64,000 nt of DNA from a virus (lineage: Duplodnaviria; Heunggongvirae; Uroviricota; Caudoviricetes), in IMG/VR virus record IMGVR_UViG_3300020429_000539, positions 44,263-108,262 of that record; one strand, 5' to 3'. This document shows positions 42,635-51,412 of this stretch, one piece after another. The position numbers and the translations under genes were made by a program. Each line of letters starts with the position of its first letter. Position 1 is the stretch's first letter. Under the pieces are notes generated by a model. It did not search any database, was not told the origin of the DNA, and saw only the letters and a program-made list of their open reading frames with translations.

Positions 42635-42708
42635 CATCCCGAGAGGGATTCGAACCCCCAACAACAAGATTCGTAATCTTGCGCTCTGTCCAGTTGAGCT
42701 ACCGGGAT
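42635..42708 (-). tRNA. tRNA-Arg(ACG)
   Basis: CAAGA-TTACGAA-TCTTG. Confidence 0.9.
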
Positions 42709-42711
42709 AAT

Positions 42712-42800
42712 AAACAGGTAAGGGGTGAGTATCGGATATGCCTTTCGGCAGGTTTGATTACAATTCAAAGTTGATAACCGATGGTCTCTTCGACCTGTTT
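42712..42800 (-). ncRNA. Y-RNA-like RNA (linear type)
   Basis: Stem AAACAGG/CCTGTTT; GTCGAAG...ATCGG-TTATC; CCGAT...CCCTTAC. Confidence 0.7.
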
Positions 42801-42803
42801 GAA

Positions 42804-42876
42804 CGAGGATGACGGGACTCGAACCCGCACTCTTCGGATAGACAATCCGCTGCATTGCTCTTTATGCTACATCCCC
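42804..42876 (-). tRNA. tRNA-Asp(GUC)
   Basis: CGGA-TTGTCTA-TCCG. Confidence 0.85.
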
Positions 42877-42896
42877 AATAGTAAGTCAGAAATAAA

Positions 42897-42968
42897 AGCT
42901 CCCTACAGGAATCGAACCTGTGACCCTATCGTACCAAGATAGTGTGTTACCACTAGCACCAAGAGAGC
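42897..42968 (-). tRNA. tRNA-Thr(GGU)
   Basis: CTATC-TTGGTAC-GATAG. Confidence 0.9.
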
Positions 42969-43090
42969 GTAAGCCGTGGCGCTTTCGCGCACACGGCGAT
43001 GAGACTTACTGATTACTCGCTATTCACTTGTCAAAGATGCTGGAACTTTCGACCCATCCGAGCCTAGGTTCCTATGAATTTGCATTCAAA

Positions 43091-43161
43091 TGCGAGATAA
43101 GAGATTCGAACTCTTGAGAACTGCTTGGAAGGCAGTCATGTTACCACTACATCAATCTCGC
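43091..43161 (-). tRNA. tRNA-Gly(UCC)
   Basis: ACTGC-CTTCCAA-GCAGT. Confidence 0.9.
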
Positions 43162-43165
43162 AAAG

Positions 43166-43251
43166 TGGGCCGCACAGGATTCGAACCTGCAATGGAGCTT
43201 TCGCTCGCCGGATTAAAAGTCCGATGCCTTCAACCGTTCGGCCAACGACCC
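43166..43251 (-). tRNA. tRNA-Lys(UUU) with a long variable arm
   Basis: TCGGA-CTTTTAA-TCCGG followed by GAGC-GAAA-GCTC. Confidence 0.8.
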
Positions 43252-43319
43252 ATAGTGTTCCTATTGGGTCGCATATGTTTTCGTCTGTGCATCATAGTTT
43301 CTTTTCCTTTCACCTTCAA

Positions 43320-43391
43320 AGACCGCCTCCGGACTCGAACCGGAATGTAGTGGATTTGCAATCCACACCCTAACCATTCGGGCAGACGGCC
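43320..43391 (-). tRNA. tRNA-Cys(GCA)
   Basis: GTGGA-TTGCAAA-TCCAC; U73. Confidence 0.9.
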
Positions 43392-43401
43392 AAGCTATCA
43401 A

Positions 43402-43474
43402 AGAGGTAGACGAGATTCGAACTCGCGGACTTCTCGTTGGCAACGAGACGCTAAACCAACCTAGCTCCTACCTC
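43402..43474 (-). tRNA. tRNA-Gly(GCC)
   Basis: TCTCG-TTGCCAA-CGAGA. Confidence 0.85.
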
Positions 43475-43485
43475 ATATTGTCAAA

Positions 43486-43558
43486 CACGGCGGAGAGGAT
43501 TCGAACCTCTTCATTTCGGATTTGGAATCCGAACGCAACTCCAGTGTGCTTCCGCCGC
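43486..43558 (-). tRNA. tRNA-Trp(CCA)
   Basis: TCGGA-TTCCAAA-TCCGA. Confidence 0.85.
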
Positions 43559-43572
43559 AACTGGTTGTCAAA

Positions 43573-43643
43573 CTGCTCGACCTGGATTTGAACCAGGGAT
43601 ACTTGATTCAGAGTCAAGCGTGTTGCCGCTACACTATCGAGCA
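43573..43643 (-). tRNA. tRNA-Gln(CUG)
   Basis: CTTGA-CTCTGAA-TCAAG. Confidence 0.9.
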
Positions 43644-43645
43644 AT

Positions 43646-43675
43646 AAAAAAGCCCCGAGCTTTTGCTCAGGGCCT
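43646..43675 (-). terminator. attenuator-type terminator directly upstream of the tRNA array
   Basis: GGCCCTGAGC-AAAA-GCTCGGGGCT followed by a T tract. Confidence 0.75.
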
Positions 43676-43703
43676 TGGTGGTTTTTTCTGTTTGCTTTAC
43701 GGG

Positions 43704-43850
43704 TTAGCCGTTACGCTCCCTCAAGCTCGCAGGTCCACCAAGACCCTTCGTACCGCATCCATTGGCATCATACCAGCGACGCATAAACGCATCGACAGCA
43801 TGCTGCTTGGCTGTGGTCGTAATGGTTTTGGTGAACTGTCTCATGGTCAT
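43704..43850 (-). CDS. putative leader peptide (48 aa)
   Basis: MTMRQFTKTITTTAKQHAVDAFMRRWYDANGCGTKGLGGPASLRERNG; its GGGTCTTGGTGG segment is complementary to the terminator 5' arm. Confidence 0.55.
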   Translation of the reverse strand: MTMRQFTKTITTTAKQHAVDAFMRRWYDANGCGTKGLGGPASLRERNG

Positions 43851-44080
43851 TCTTTCGTGAGGCGACACGCCTCGGTTCATCATTCTACTTGCGAGGGTTG
43901 ATTATTCCTCCCTCGTCTTGAACTTTTCGGCCACAATTCTTCGTGGTCATCAGTATTTCACACCGTTTTCCCAAAGTCAAGCGCGGAAAGGGAAAATTCT
44001 GCCCCTTTTTTCGAGCCGTTGGACGGCGATGAGAGGATTCTACCAATCCTATGTGGCACTTGCAAGGAATCTGCGGATTT

Positions 44081-45637
44081 TCAGACCACGGCGAGGGCAT
44101 CCGCGACAGGATACAGGGTCAACGGTCCCGAAATCTCATGACCTGTCAGAATAGGAAGACAAGGCCCCAGGTTTTGATACGATTTCAGGTTCCATTTTTG
44201 CTGAAGTCTGGTCGTTCCTTCGGGACAGATGGGATGAAGCAGCGCTGCTGCAATCTGAATCATCTGAACGGCGCAGACCATGCACCAGTCAAATTTCTCT
44301 TGAGATTCAGGGTCATTTTGCTTCGCGAGCTTCCACGGTTCCATATCACTCAGAAGCTTGTTTGCATCATTGATGACAATGTTTGCCCTGCGCACGAGCT
44401 TAGGGATATTCAAGTTTCGCGCATCTTTACCAGATTTGACGAGTTGCTTGAGAGCAGAGAATCCACCCGTCGCAGTTTCGATGTAGTCAGGAAAGTCGCT
44501 TTCTGGTCGAACGAGTTTATTGTCTCGATATGTCTCGATGAGTTTGCCCACACGGTTGACAAGATTTCCGAAGCCTTTCGCGAGATTGGAGTTATAAAGG
44601 GCAAAGACTTCTTCCGCATCGAAGTTGGCGTCAGAGGCTCCCCATGGACCTTGAGCGGCCAAATAATAGCGGATACCATCGATACCAACTTGCTCAGCGA
44701 GTTTCTTAAGGCCTTCGATACTCACGAAGTTGCTGCTGCTCTTACCCATCTTGCGCTGGTCATGAACCCAAAAGCTATGAGCATGAATCCGTTCAGGCAA
44801 AGGCAAGTCAAGCGCGATAAGCAGCGCGGGCCACACAACAGCATGGAACCACAGGATATCCTTGGCGATAATATGTGTCGGAGGCCAGATTTCTTCTGTC
44901 TGCTTACTGTTTTTATCGCTCAATGCGCTGATGTAGTTGAACAGCGCATCAATCCACACGTAGACAACCTGTTCTGGTTCGCTGGGCAGAGAAATGCCCC
45001 AACTACCGTCAGGCACTTTTCTTGTAATCGGAATGTCGTTGATCTCGCCTTCAAGGCGCTTGATAACTTCGTTGCGCCTCTGTTCTGGCGTGATAAAGTC
45101 GGGCGTTGACCTGACATGGGCAAGGATGGCTTCGCGGTATTTGCTCAGCTTGAAAAACCAGTTCTTTTCTTTTCGGCGTTCGAGAGGCCTGTCGGTAATA
45201 GGGCACTTGTAGTCAGATTTTTGAGCAGCATGTTCGGTCACGTATTCTTCTTGGCCAGCGTTATACCACCCCTCGAAGTCATCCTCATAGACATCTCCCT
45301 TACCAATAAGGTACGAGACATGAAGAATTACTGTCTCTCTGTGACGGCGTTCAGTCGTGCGAATGAAATCATCGTTTCTGACTCCAAAGGCTGCAAAGGC
45401 ATCACGGAAGTTCTGAGCGTGCGTATCGCACCATTCTTCAACAGGCACTCCTGCTGAGATAGCTGCCGCTTTCACTTTGTCCGCATGCTCGTCCGTACCT
45501 GTGACGAAATGGACTTGTTCATCAGCATACAATCGCAGCGCCCGCGCAGCGATATCGGCCATCAGGGTCGTGTAGATATGACCGATGTGCGGGTTTGCGT
45601 TGACGTAATAGATGGGGGTCGTGAGGTATTTCGTCAT
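44081..45637 (-). CDS. metG: methionyl-tRNA synthetase
   Basis: TTPIYYVNANPHIGH (HIGH), YVWIDAL, AKDILWFH, KMGKS. Confidence 0.95.
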   Translation of the reverse strand: MTKYLTTPIYYVNANPHIGHIYTTLMADIAARALRLYADEQVHFVTGTDEHADKVKAAAISAGVPVEEWCDTHAQNFRDAFAAFGVRNDDFIRTTERRHRETVILHVSYLIGKGDVYEDDFEGWYNAGQEEYVTEHAAQKSDYKCPITDRPLERRKEKNWFFKLSKYREAILAHVRSTPDFITPEQRRNEVIKRLEGEINDIPITRKVPDGSWGISLPSEPEQVVYVWIDALFNYISALSDKNSKQTEEIWPPTHIIAKDILWFHAVVWPALLIALDLPLPERIHAHSFWVHDQRKMGKSSSNFVSIEGLKKLAEQVGIDGIRYYLAAQGPWGASDANFDAEEVFALYNSNLAKGFGNLVNRVGKLIETYRDNKLVRPESDFPDYIETATGGFSALKQLVKSGKDARNLNIPKLVRRANIVINDANKLLSDMEPWKLAKQNDPESQEKFDWCMVCAVQMIQIAAALLHPICPEGTTRLQQKWNLKSYQNLGPCLPILTGHEISGPLTLYPVADALAVV

Positions 45638-45738
45638 GAAGCCATTATAGCCTCTTGAACCTTCACCAGAAAAACCCCTCCGCCACGGTCGGCAAGAGGG
45701 GTGTTAAGGGGGCAACCAGAAGAGCCATTTAGCTCAGA

Positions 45739-46056
45739 TTACCAGTTCTCGGCTTCGCCATCGCAACAGATTCCGTCGCCACCGCCGTCGTCATGGAACT
45801 CGCGGACACGGATATCCAGGTCATCGGGCTCCCAGGCTTCAGCGCCTTGGAGCTTGACAATCTCCTGGTAAGCGCGAAGGGTGGCTGCTCGACGGCTGGT
45901 TGCAAAAACGGTCTTGGGGCCATAGACGATGTTGCCATCGTCTTCGCGCATGACCTTCTGGTCTTCTCCATCCTGAGTGTTCGTGGTCATGCGAACCGAG
46001 CGAGGACGATGGATTGCGATGACTTCGAAGGGCTGCTTTTTGCGGGGTCGTGCCAT
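45739..46056 (-). CDS. hypothetical protein
   Basis: 105 aa; AAGGAG SD. Confidence 0.6.
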   Translation of the reverse strand: MARPRKKQPFEVIAIHRPRSVRMTTNTQDGEDQKVMREDDGNIVYGPKTVFATSRRAATLRAYQEIVKLQGAEAWEPDDLDIRVREFHDDGGGDGICCDGEAENW

Positions 46057-46133
46057 GGTTTGTGGCTCCTTTTCTTGCAGCTACCTTAGCTGCGGGTTAT
46101 GAATTAGGGGTTGCTCCCCCTCTAATTTGGTTC

Positions 46134-46904
46134 TTACCAATCTTCCTTTTCGCCTTCGGGCATTCCCTCAAACTCCATTTGGAAACTTTGCAGGTTTGCA
46201 CGAACGACTTGAGGAACGGGATGCTTACGCAGCATCTTTGTAAAGCCCGTCACGAGCAGCGTAGCTGCGAGCGATGAGCAATGGCTGGTTGCTCGTGTCG
46301 TGCAGGTTTCAGGCGCAGCCTCATTCTGAGGAAACCAACGCTCATTCCACGCTTCACGACTGGCATCATCATACACGAAATGAGCTTCACACGATTCGGC
46401 TCCCATTCTTGCCTCTGCAAAAAGCCGAACCTTGTTTTCACTTGCTGCTTCGAAAACTTGCTTTCTCACTTCCATATTATCGACACAGCAGAAAATCCAA
46501 TCCGCGTCTTCGATGTGTTCAGGTTCAAAGGCGATGTCATGGATGTTGAGTTCGAGACCAGGATTGATTCGCTCGACCATGCCCTTGAGCGCGTCAACCT
46601 TTTTGATTCCGATTTCGTCCTCGAACCACCCCTGCGGCCCTAGATTCTCGCCGCTGACCTCATCGAGGTCCACGAGGGTCATCCCTTCGACGCCGATTTG
46701 GGCAAGCTGAAGAGCCGCCTGGCGGCCCACAGCGCCCGTGCCGATAATGGCGACGTTTGCTCGCATCAGAGCCTTTGGCGGAATGATACCTGAAAATCGA
46801 GTCATCCTTGCAGGGGCCGACTGATGAACTCGCTGAACGACCTCGGCGGCTTCAGGCTTGACTTCAACCGCCGCTGCTTGTGTTGCTTCTGTTTTTGCCT
46901 TCAT
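46134..46904 (-). CDS. ThiF/E1-like ubiquitin-like-protein activating enzyme
   Basis: VAIIGTGAVG, VDLDEVSGENL..Q, CCVDNMEVR, EARMG; distal Cys in PETC. Confidence 0.9.
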   Translation of the reverse strand: MKAKTEATQAAAVEVKPEAAEVVQRVHQSAPARMTRFSGIIPPKALMRANVAIIGTGAVGRQAALQLAQIGVEGMTLVDLDEVSGENLGPQGWFEDEIGIKKVDALKGMVERINPGLELNIHDIAFEPEHIEDADWIFCCVDNMEVRKQVFEAASENKVRLFAEARMGAESCEAHFVYDDASREAWNERWFPQNEAAPETCTTRATSHCSSLAATLLVTGFTKMLRKHPVPQVVRANLQSFQMEFEGMPEGEKEDW

Positions 46905-46907
46905 CAG

Positions 46908-48521
46908 TTACCCCTTAACTGCGTCTTCGTCGAACTCTTCGATTTCTTCTGATTCATCCCAGGCTTCAGCTTCGGTATCTTCTTCTTCCTCCTCGTCTTC
47001 CCATTCGCCCTCTTCTTCTTCGGAAGCTTCAGGTTCTTCTTCTTCGTCTTCGTCTTCGTCTTCGTCTTCGTCAGAGTCTTCTTCGCCCTCTTCTTCGTCA
47101 GAGTCTTCTTCTTCCGATGTGTCTTCCTCATCAGAGTCATCTTCATCATCGAAGTCCGTTGAGCCATAGGCTTCTTGGACAACATCGATGCGATCGACTG
47201 ACTCGCTTCCGTTTTCTCCTCGCCACAACGCTTCGAGCATCATCTCGTTTTCTGCGAGTTCGAGGGAGATAGCAGTGGGGTCTTTTGCTCGTGCTTTGAG
47301 GCGAATGAGGTCTGGATCCGAGAGACCGTAACGGTCGCGAATTGCTTCCCAATCGATATCGCCTTCTTCATCCATGAAAGCAATAAACCACCAACGATGG
47401 TCGGTCGTGTCGTAGAACTCTCCTCGGTTTGGGTCGAGTTCAATGCGTCCAGGGTGGCGAAAGTCACGGGAGTTTTCCTCCCCCTCCTCAAGCCATCTTT
47501 TCAGAGCCTCATCATCGCATTCATCGAGTTCATCGAAAAGGCGGTCATCGACTCGCCCTCCACCGCTTCGCCTCTTCTCTTGTTCAAGCGGACTCGGGTC
47601 GTTCTTTCGATTCACACCATTGCCACTGAGATTTGTGCGACCCATTCCCTCCCAACTATGAAAACCTGCGCCGGTACCTCCCCTGTAAGCGCCCGTGTAA
47701 GGCTTGACTTTCGGAGGCGGAGGAATAATGACGCATTTCTCATGCTCTTCGATCCATTCTTCGAAGGGCAGCTTTGACATGATGCGAGCATCAAGCTGGT
47801 CAAAGTCGATAGCGGCTCGGTTTTGTCCTTCCATAGCCTCGACCATGACCTTCAGCGGAATGTCAATCCACATCGGCCTCTGAACACGTTCGCCGCGCGT
47901 AATGTTGCCATCAAAGTCTTCCTCTTCTTCGTAAAGACCCGATGTTTTGACGCGCATGGTTGCTGTGATTGCGCCTTCAACAGCGCGGATAAGCATAATG
48001 TGCCAATCCATCGTGGCAAAATGCTCATCGAAATAGTGCCTGTCTTCTCCGCTGGGGTATGCAGAGTTGCCGGGATGCTTGTGCCACCAAATACGGCTGC
48101 ATTGCGCAGCTTGCAACCCGTCTTTCGTTTGTTCGGCGATGAAGTCTGCAAGGCCATCATCATCGAACTCAATGTGGCCGGGCGTGCAGGTAGCCTTGAC
48201 CATCTTGATATCGGTAACGTGCAGCGGATCATTGCTCTCCGTAATACACATACCGCCAATCTCGACTTTGCTGAGACGAGAGATATAGACGAGCTTCAGC
48301 CAAGGAAGCTGGTCAAACGTCAAGCATGCGCCATCGCCATCCTTCTTAATAACAACACGGCGAGGGTCGATCTTCTCAGCTTCGGTCGGTTCCCTCTTTG
48401 GGGTTTTGACCGTGACGATGCTTTTGCTGCCTGTTTTTTGACTGGGGTCGTAGACGCTACCTCCCGGCGTGATGATTCTGGGCGGAAGAGGGTTTGTCGT
48501 ATCAAGTTTCTTGGCTTTCAT
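46908..48521 (-). CDS. JAB/MPN metalloprotease with a long acidic tail
   Basis: VEIGG (catalytic Glu) and WWHKHPGNSAYPSGED (HxH-x7-S-x2-D); E/D-rich C-terminus. Confidence 0.85.
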   Translation of the reverse strand: MKAKKLDTTNPLPPRIITPGGSVYDPSQKTGSKSIVTVKTPKREPTEAEKIDPRRVVIKKDGDGACLTFDQLPWLKLVYISRLSKVEIGGMCITESNDPLHVTDIKMVKATCTPGHIEFDDDGLADFIAEQTKDGLQAAQCSRIWWHKHPGNSAYPSGEDRHYFDEHFATMDWHIMLIRAVEGAITATMRVKTSGLYEEEEDFDGNITRGERVQRPMWIDIPLKVMVEAMEGQNRAAIDFDQLDARIMSKLPFEEWIEEHEKCVIIPPPPKVKPYTGAYRGGTGAGFHSWEGMGRTNLSGNGVNRKNDPSPLEQEKRRSGGGRVDDRLFDELDECDDEALKRWLEEGEENSRDFRHPGRIELDPNRGEFYDTTDHRWWFIAFMDEEGDIDWEAIRDRYGLSDPDLIRLKARAKDPTAISLELAENEMMLEALWRGENGSESVDRIDVVQEAYGSTDFDDEDDSDEEDTSEEEDSDEEEGEEDSDEDEDEDEDEEEEPEASEEEEGEWEDEEEEEDTEAEAWDESEEIEEFDEDAVKG

Positions 48522-48540
48522 AAGTTCTCTTTTCTGTTTG

Positions 48541-50295
48541 TTATGCCAGCATCACGCCTTGATTATCTTCGAGAGTACCTCTCCAAGCAGGCGACTGGTG
48601 CAACCAATCAGGCAGGTAATAGCCATTTGTTGCTCCTCGCTCATACTTGTTACTCAGGTACGACATGAGATTCTGCATTTGGTCTTTCTTTTCTCGCGAC
48701 CAGTTTCGCAGAAGATTTCCACGCGATCCAAAGTTAGTCGTATCATCAAGCAGAGCGAGGTCAAGCATGCACATGGCAACCCACCGACCGTCTTGCAGTT
48801 CAACAATGTCATCGGGATATTGAATCTGCTTATTATTTCCATCCATCTTGCGACCAGCGATGCCTGAGATTTCGCAAACCGCGACATTTGCGGGATGAAT
48901 CTTCTGCTGACTCAGAACGCTTGTAAATGCTGCCGGGTCGGTGGCAGGCATCGGGTCATGGCCTTCAGCATGCAAGAAGGCATCGCGGTGATAAATGACT
49001 CCATCGTGTTCAATCGAGTCATCTCCGCCTTTGATAACGTTTTGACCTGTGACAGGGCATCTTGCAACAAGCTCTTTCTTGACCTGGATATCCCTGCCCT
49101 TGACTCGGACAATCTGTGCATCTCTTTGAGACATCCACTCGTTACTGATGGCACACTTGATTTCGCAATCAGGCCAACGCTGAATGCTGTACATTCCATG
49201 CTCTTTGGCATCGCTGAGAAGCGTTTCGATAGTCTTGAAAACATCGAACACGCGACCCTCTTTGACAGACCCGCCGAGTTCAACATCAGCGTTGCCCAAA
49301 CAGATATGATTGCCTCTCATAACATGAGGGTGCTGCCTGCCGTCATCAGACAACTTCGGATTTGTGTATTTCGCAGAAAATTCAACGCCCTGGTAGGGGT
49401 TCCAGTAGATTTTAGCGCTGCTGAGAGAAAGGCGATGCTTCTTGTTTTTGGTTTCGAGAATTTTGGCAGGAATCTCGACAACCAATTGGATTGCCTTGTC
49501 CTTGCCTTTGACCTCGACATTATCGATACCGTAGTTATTGATGAGGGCGACCATCTGCCTGGCAAGACGGAACTTCATATCGCCATCGTTATCCACAGAC
49601 ATGACTTCAATAATCATGCCATCTTCAAGATGACGGCGAGTCGTGTCGAGCAAGTAAGAGGATTCCTGACAAGAACGCGCTGCCTTGTCTGTCTCCCGAT
49701 ATAGGCTACGAAACTTCTTGCGAAACTCCTGTTCGAGTTCATCAAACTCATTGAACTCTTCTTCGTTTTTGATTCTTTCTTGCGCGGCATGAAACTCATC
49801 CATGAGCGCTTGGAGCTTCCCTCCGAGCCCGTCAATGCGCTTGATGGCTTCTTCGACGGTTTTGAAATCTGGTTTCAAAGAGTCACGCCGACGCCGATGG
49901 GTGACGCCCTTGTAGACCAGAGCAGCCATTTTCTGTGCTTTCTCGATGACAGCTTTTTTGTCGGCTGCATCGCCAGCGATAGCTTCTGTAGTGAGTTTTT
50001 CGATTGAAGCTGCATCGAGTTCGACTGCTACTGCTTGCGCCATTTCGCTAGCCTCCGGGTCTGTTGTCCAATCGTAATCCTCATGATCAGCGTCAACTGG
50101 TTCATGAGGGTTTGCTCTAAAAGTGGTCCAGGTAACCTTTCTGGCTCTTCCAAGTATATCAAAAAGATTACCCGCTTCTGTTGTTGTTCCGTATGCCGCC
50201 CCTCCTGTTGTTGTGGCTGCTGCCACTACGTCTGTCCACGTAATCGTGGTTGCGCCAGTTGTATCGTTGGCATTGAGACGATAGTTGAGCGGCAC
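48541..50295 (-). CDS. multidomain protein with a prokaryotic E2-like domain
   Basis: Coiled-coil N-half; QHPHVMRGNHICLGN matches the E2 HP-x-C active-site signature; sits between the Ubl and JAB genes. Confidence 0.7.
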   Translation of the reverse strand: MPLNYRLNANDTTGATTITWTDVVAAATTTGGAAYGTTTEAGNLFDILGRARKVTWTTFRANPHEPVDADHEDYDWTTDPEASEMAQAVAVELDAASIEKLTTEAIAGDAADKKAVIEKAQKMAALVYKGVTHRRRRDSLKPDFKTVEEAIKRIDGLGGKLQALMDEFHAAQERIKNEEEFNEFDELEQEFRKKFRSLYRETDKAARSCQESSYLLDTTRRHLEDGMIIEVMSVDNDGDMKFRLARQMVALINNYGIDNVEVKGKDKAIQLVVEIPAKILETKNKKHRLSLSSAKIYWNPYQGVEFSAKYTNPKLSDDGRQHPHVMRGNHICLGNADVELGGSVKEGRVFDVFKTIETLLSDAKEHGMYSIQRWPDCEIKCAISNEWMSQRDAQIVRVKGRDIQVKKELVARCPVTGQNVIKGGDDSIEHDGVIYHRDAFLHAEGHDPMPATDPAAFTSVLSQQKIHPANVAVCEISGIAGRKMDGNNKQIQYPDDIVELQDGRWVAMCMLDLALLDDTTNFGSRGNLLRNWSREKKDQMQNLMSYLSNKYERGATNGYYLPDWLHQSPAWRGTLEDNQGVMLA

Positions 50296-50301
50296 TTCGA
50301 A

Positions 50302-50526
50302 TCAGGCTCCAGCGAGTTTCGAGCGGGCGAAGGTCAACCTATCGCCTTCGCCAAGTTCCTGGTTGAAGTTTGCGACCTTGTTCTCGTTCACGCGGACGTT
50401 GTAGTTGTCAGGCGTGAAGTTTGGCTTCTTGCGGTCGATGTATCCCTGAATCGTTGTGCCGGCAGGCACGTTGACTCGACGGGTGGTTCCTCCATGGTCC
50501 ACATCGCAAACGTTGATCACGGGCAT
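50302..50526 (-). CDS. ubiquitin-like (beta-grasp) protein
   Basis: 74 aa; VNVPAGTTI...VRVNE...LGEGDRLTF; C-terminus KLAGA. Confidence 0.8.
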   Translation of the reverse strand: MPVINVCDVDHGGTTRRVNVPAGTTIQGYIDRKKPNFTPDNYNVRVNENKVANFNQELGEGDRLTFARSKLAGA

Positions 50527-50575
50527 GGGTATTGCTCCTTTGCTTTCGGGCGACTATTAGCCCAGGTTAAGGGTC

Positions 50576-51371
50576 TCAGAAATCATCATCAAAATCAAAA
50601 TCAAATTCATCATCGTCGTCGTCTTCATAGTAGTCATCTTCGTAGTAATCATCTTCATCTTCATCTTCATCTTCATCTTCATAGGCGGCATCTGCCATTT
50701 CTTCTCTGTATTCATCGTTCCAGAAAAGAGGTTCAGGTTTCTTTGCTGCCTCTGCTCGCGTTATACCTGGCGGAGCATCAAAGTCTTCGATGTCGTCATC
50801 GTTATCGTTGTCGCTATCGCGTTGGCCGTTTGCGCCGTTCGCGTCGGCGTCGCCTAAGTCGGTCGTCACCTTTTTTTTTTTTGATTCCCTCGAAGAAACC
50901 TGTTTCAGGCTCTTTCGCGATGACATCGCAAATGATTTGGTAAGCTTCGCCAAGCTGGTCTCGCAGCGATTGACGGTACTCATCCGAGTACACCCCATTG
51001 TCATATGGAGTCTTGGCTTCGGGTTTTTCAATCCAGTTCAGAATAACGCTTGCGAGTTCGATGGCATGACGAGACTGAATGGTATCATCATACATGCCCC
51101 AATGCTGAAGTAGAGTTCTAAATAGATGAGAGTCAAGAATGAAAACGACTGGCTTCTCATCTCCGATACGAATAGCCAATCGCGAATGTGAACGAGAAAT
51201 ATGACAGTATTGTGCGCTTACTTTCAGGTCGCTGATAACCTTATTAGCGCGCTTACCTGCCTCAACGTGGTCAATAACCGCGTCGCCATGGCCTCCCTGC
51301 CCTCGACTGTTATAGGGAAGGTAAGCAGGATTGATTTGTCCGATTGTCTGCGATGTTGCAAGTGCAGTCAT
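50576..51371 (-). CDS. hypothetical protein with an acidic tail, frameshifted at an A12 tract
   Basis: ORFs 50814-51371 and 50576-51031 join in frame if one A of the run at 50871-50882 is removed. Confidence 0.5.
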
Positions 51372-51412
51372 GTTTTATGTCCAAGAGGCTTCGGTTTTCG
51401 AACAAGCAAATC

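Noticed and set aside
32423-42800. A Ro60/TROVE or RtcB gene partnering the Y-like RNAs
   Set aside because: No ORF in this window shows recognizable TROVE or RtcB motifs; any partner must be elsewhere in the phage or in the host.
24685-45637. Similar frameshift cassettes in lysS or metG
   Set aside because: Both read continuously from plausible starts through all catalytic motifs.
46908-47170. GAA/GAC-rich repeats (also 50580-50700) as a repeat array or CRISPR
   Set aside because: They are codons for Glu/Asp-rich protein tails, with no repeat-spacer periodicity. No CRISPR array was seen in the window.
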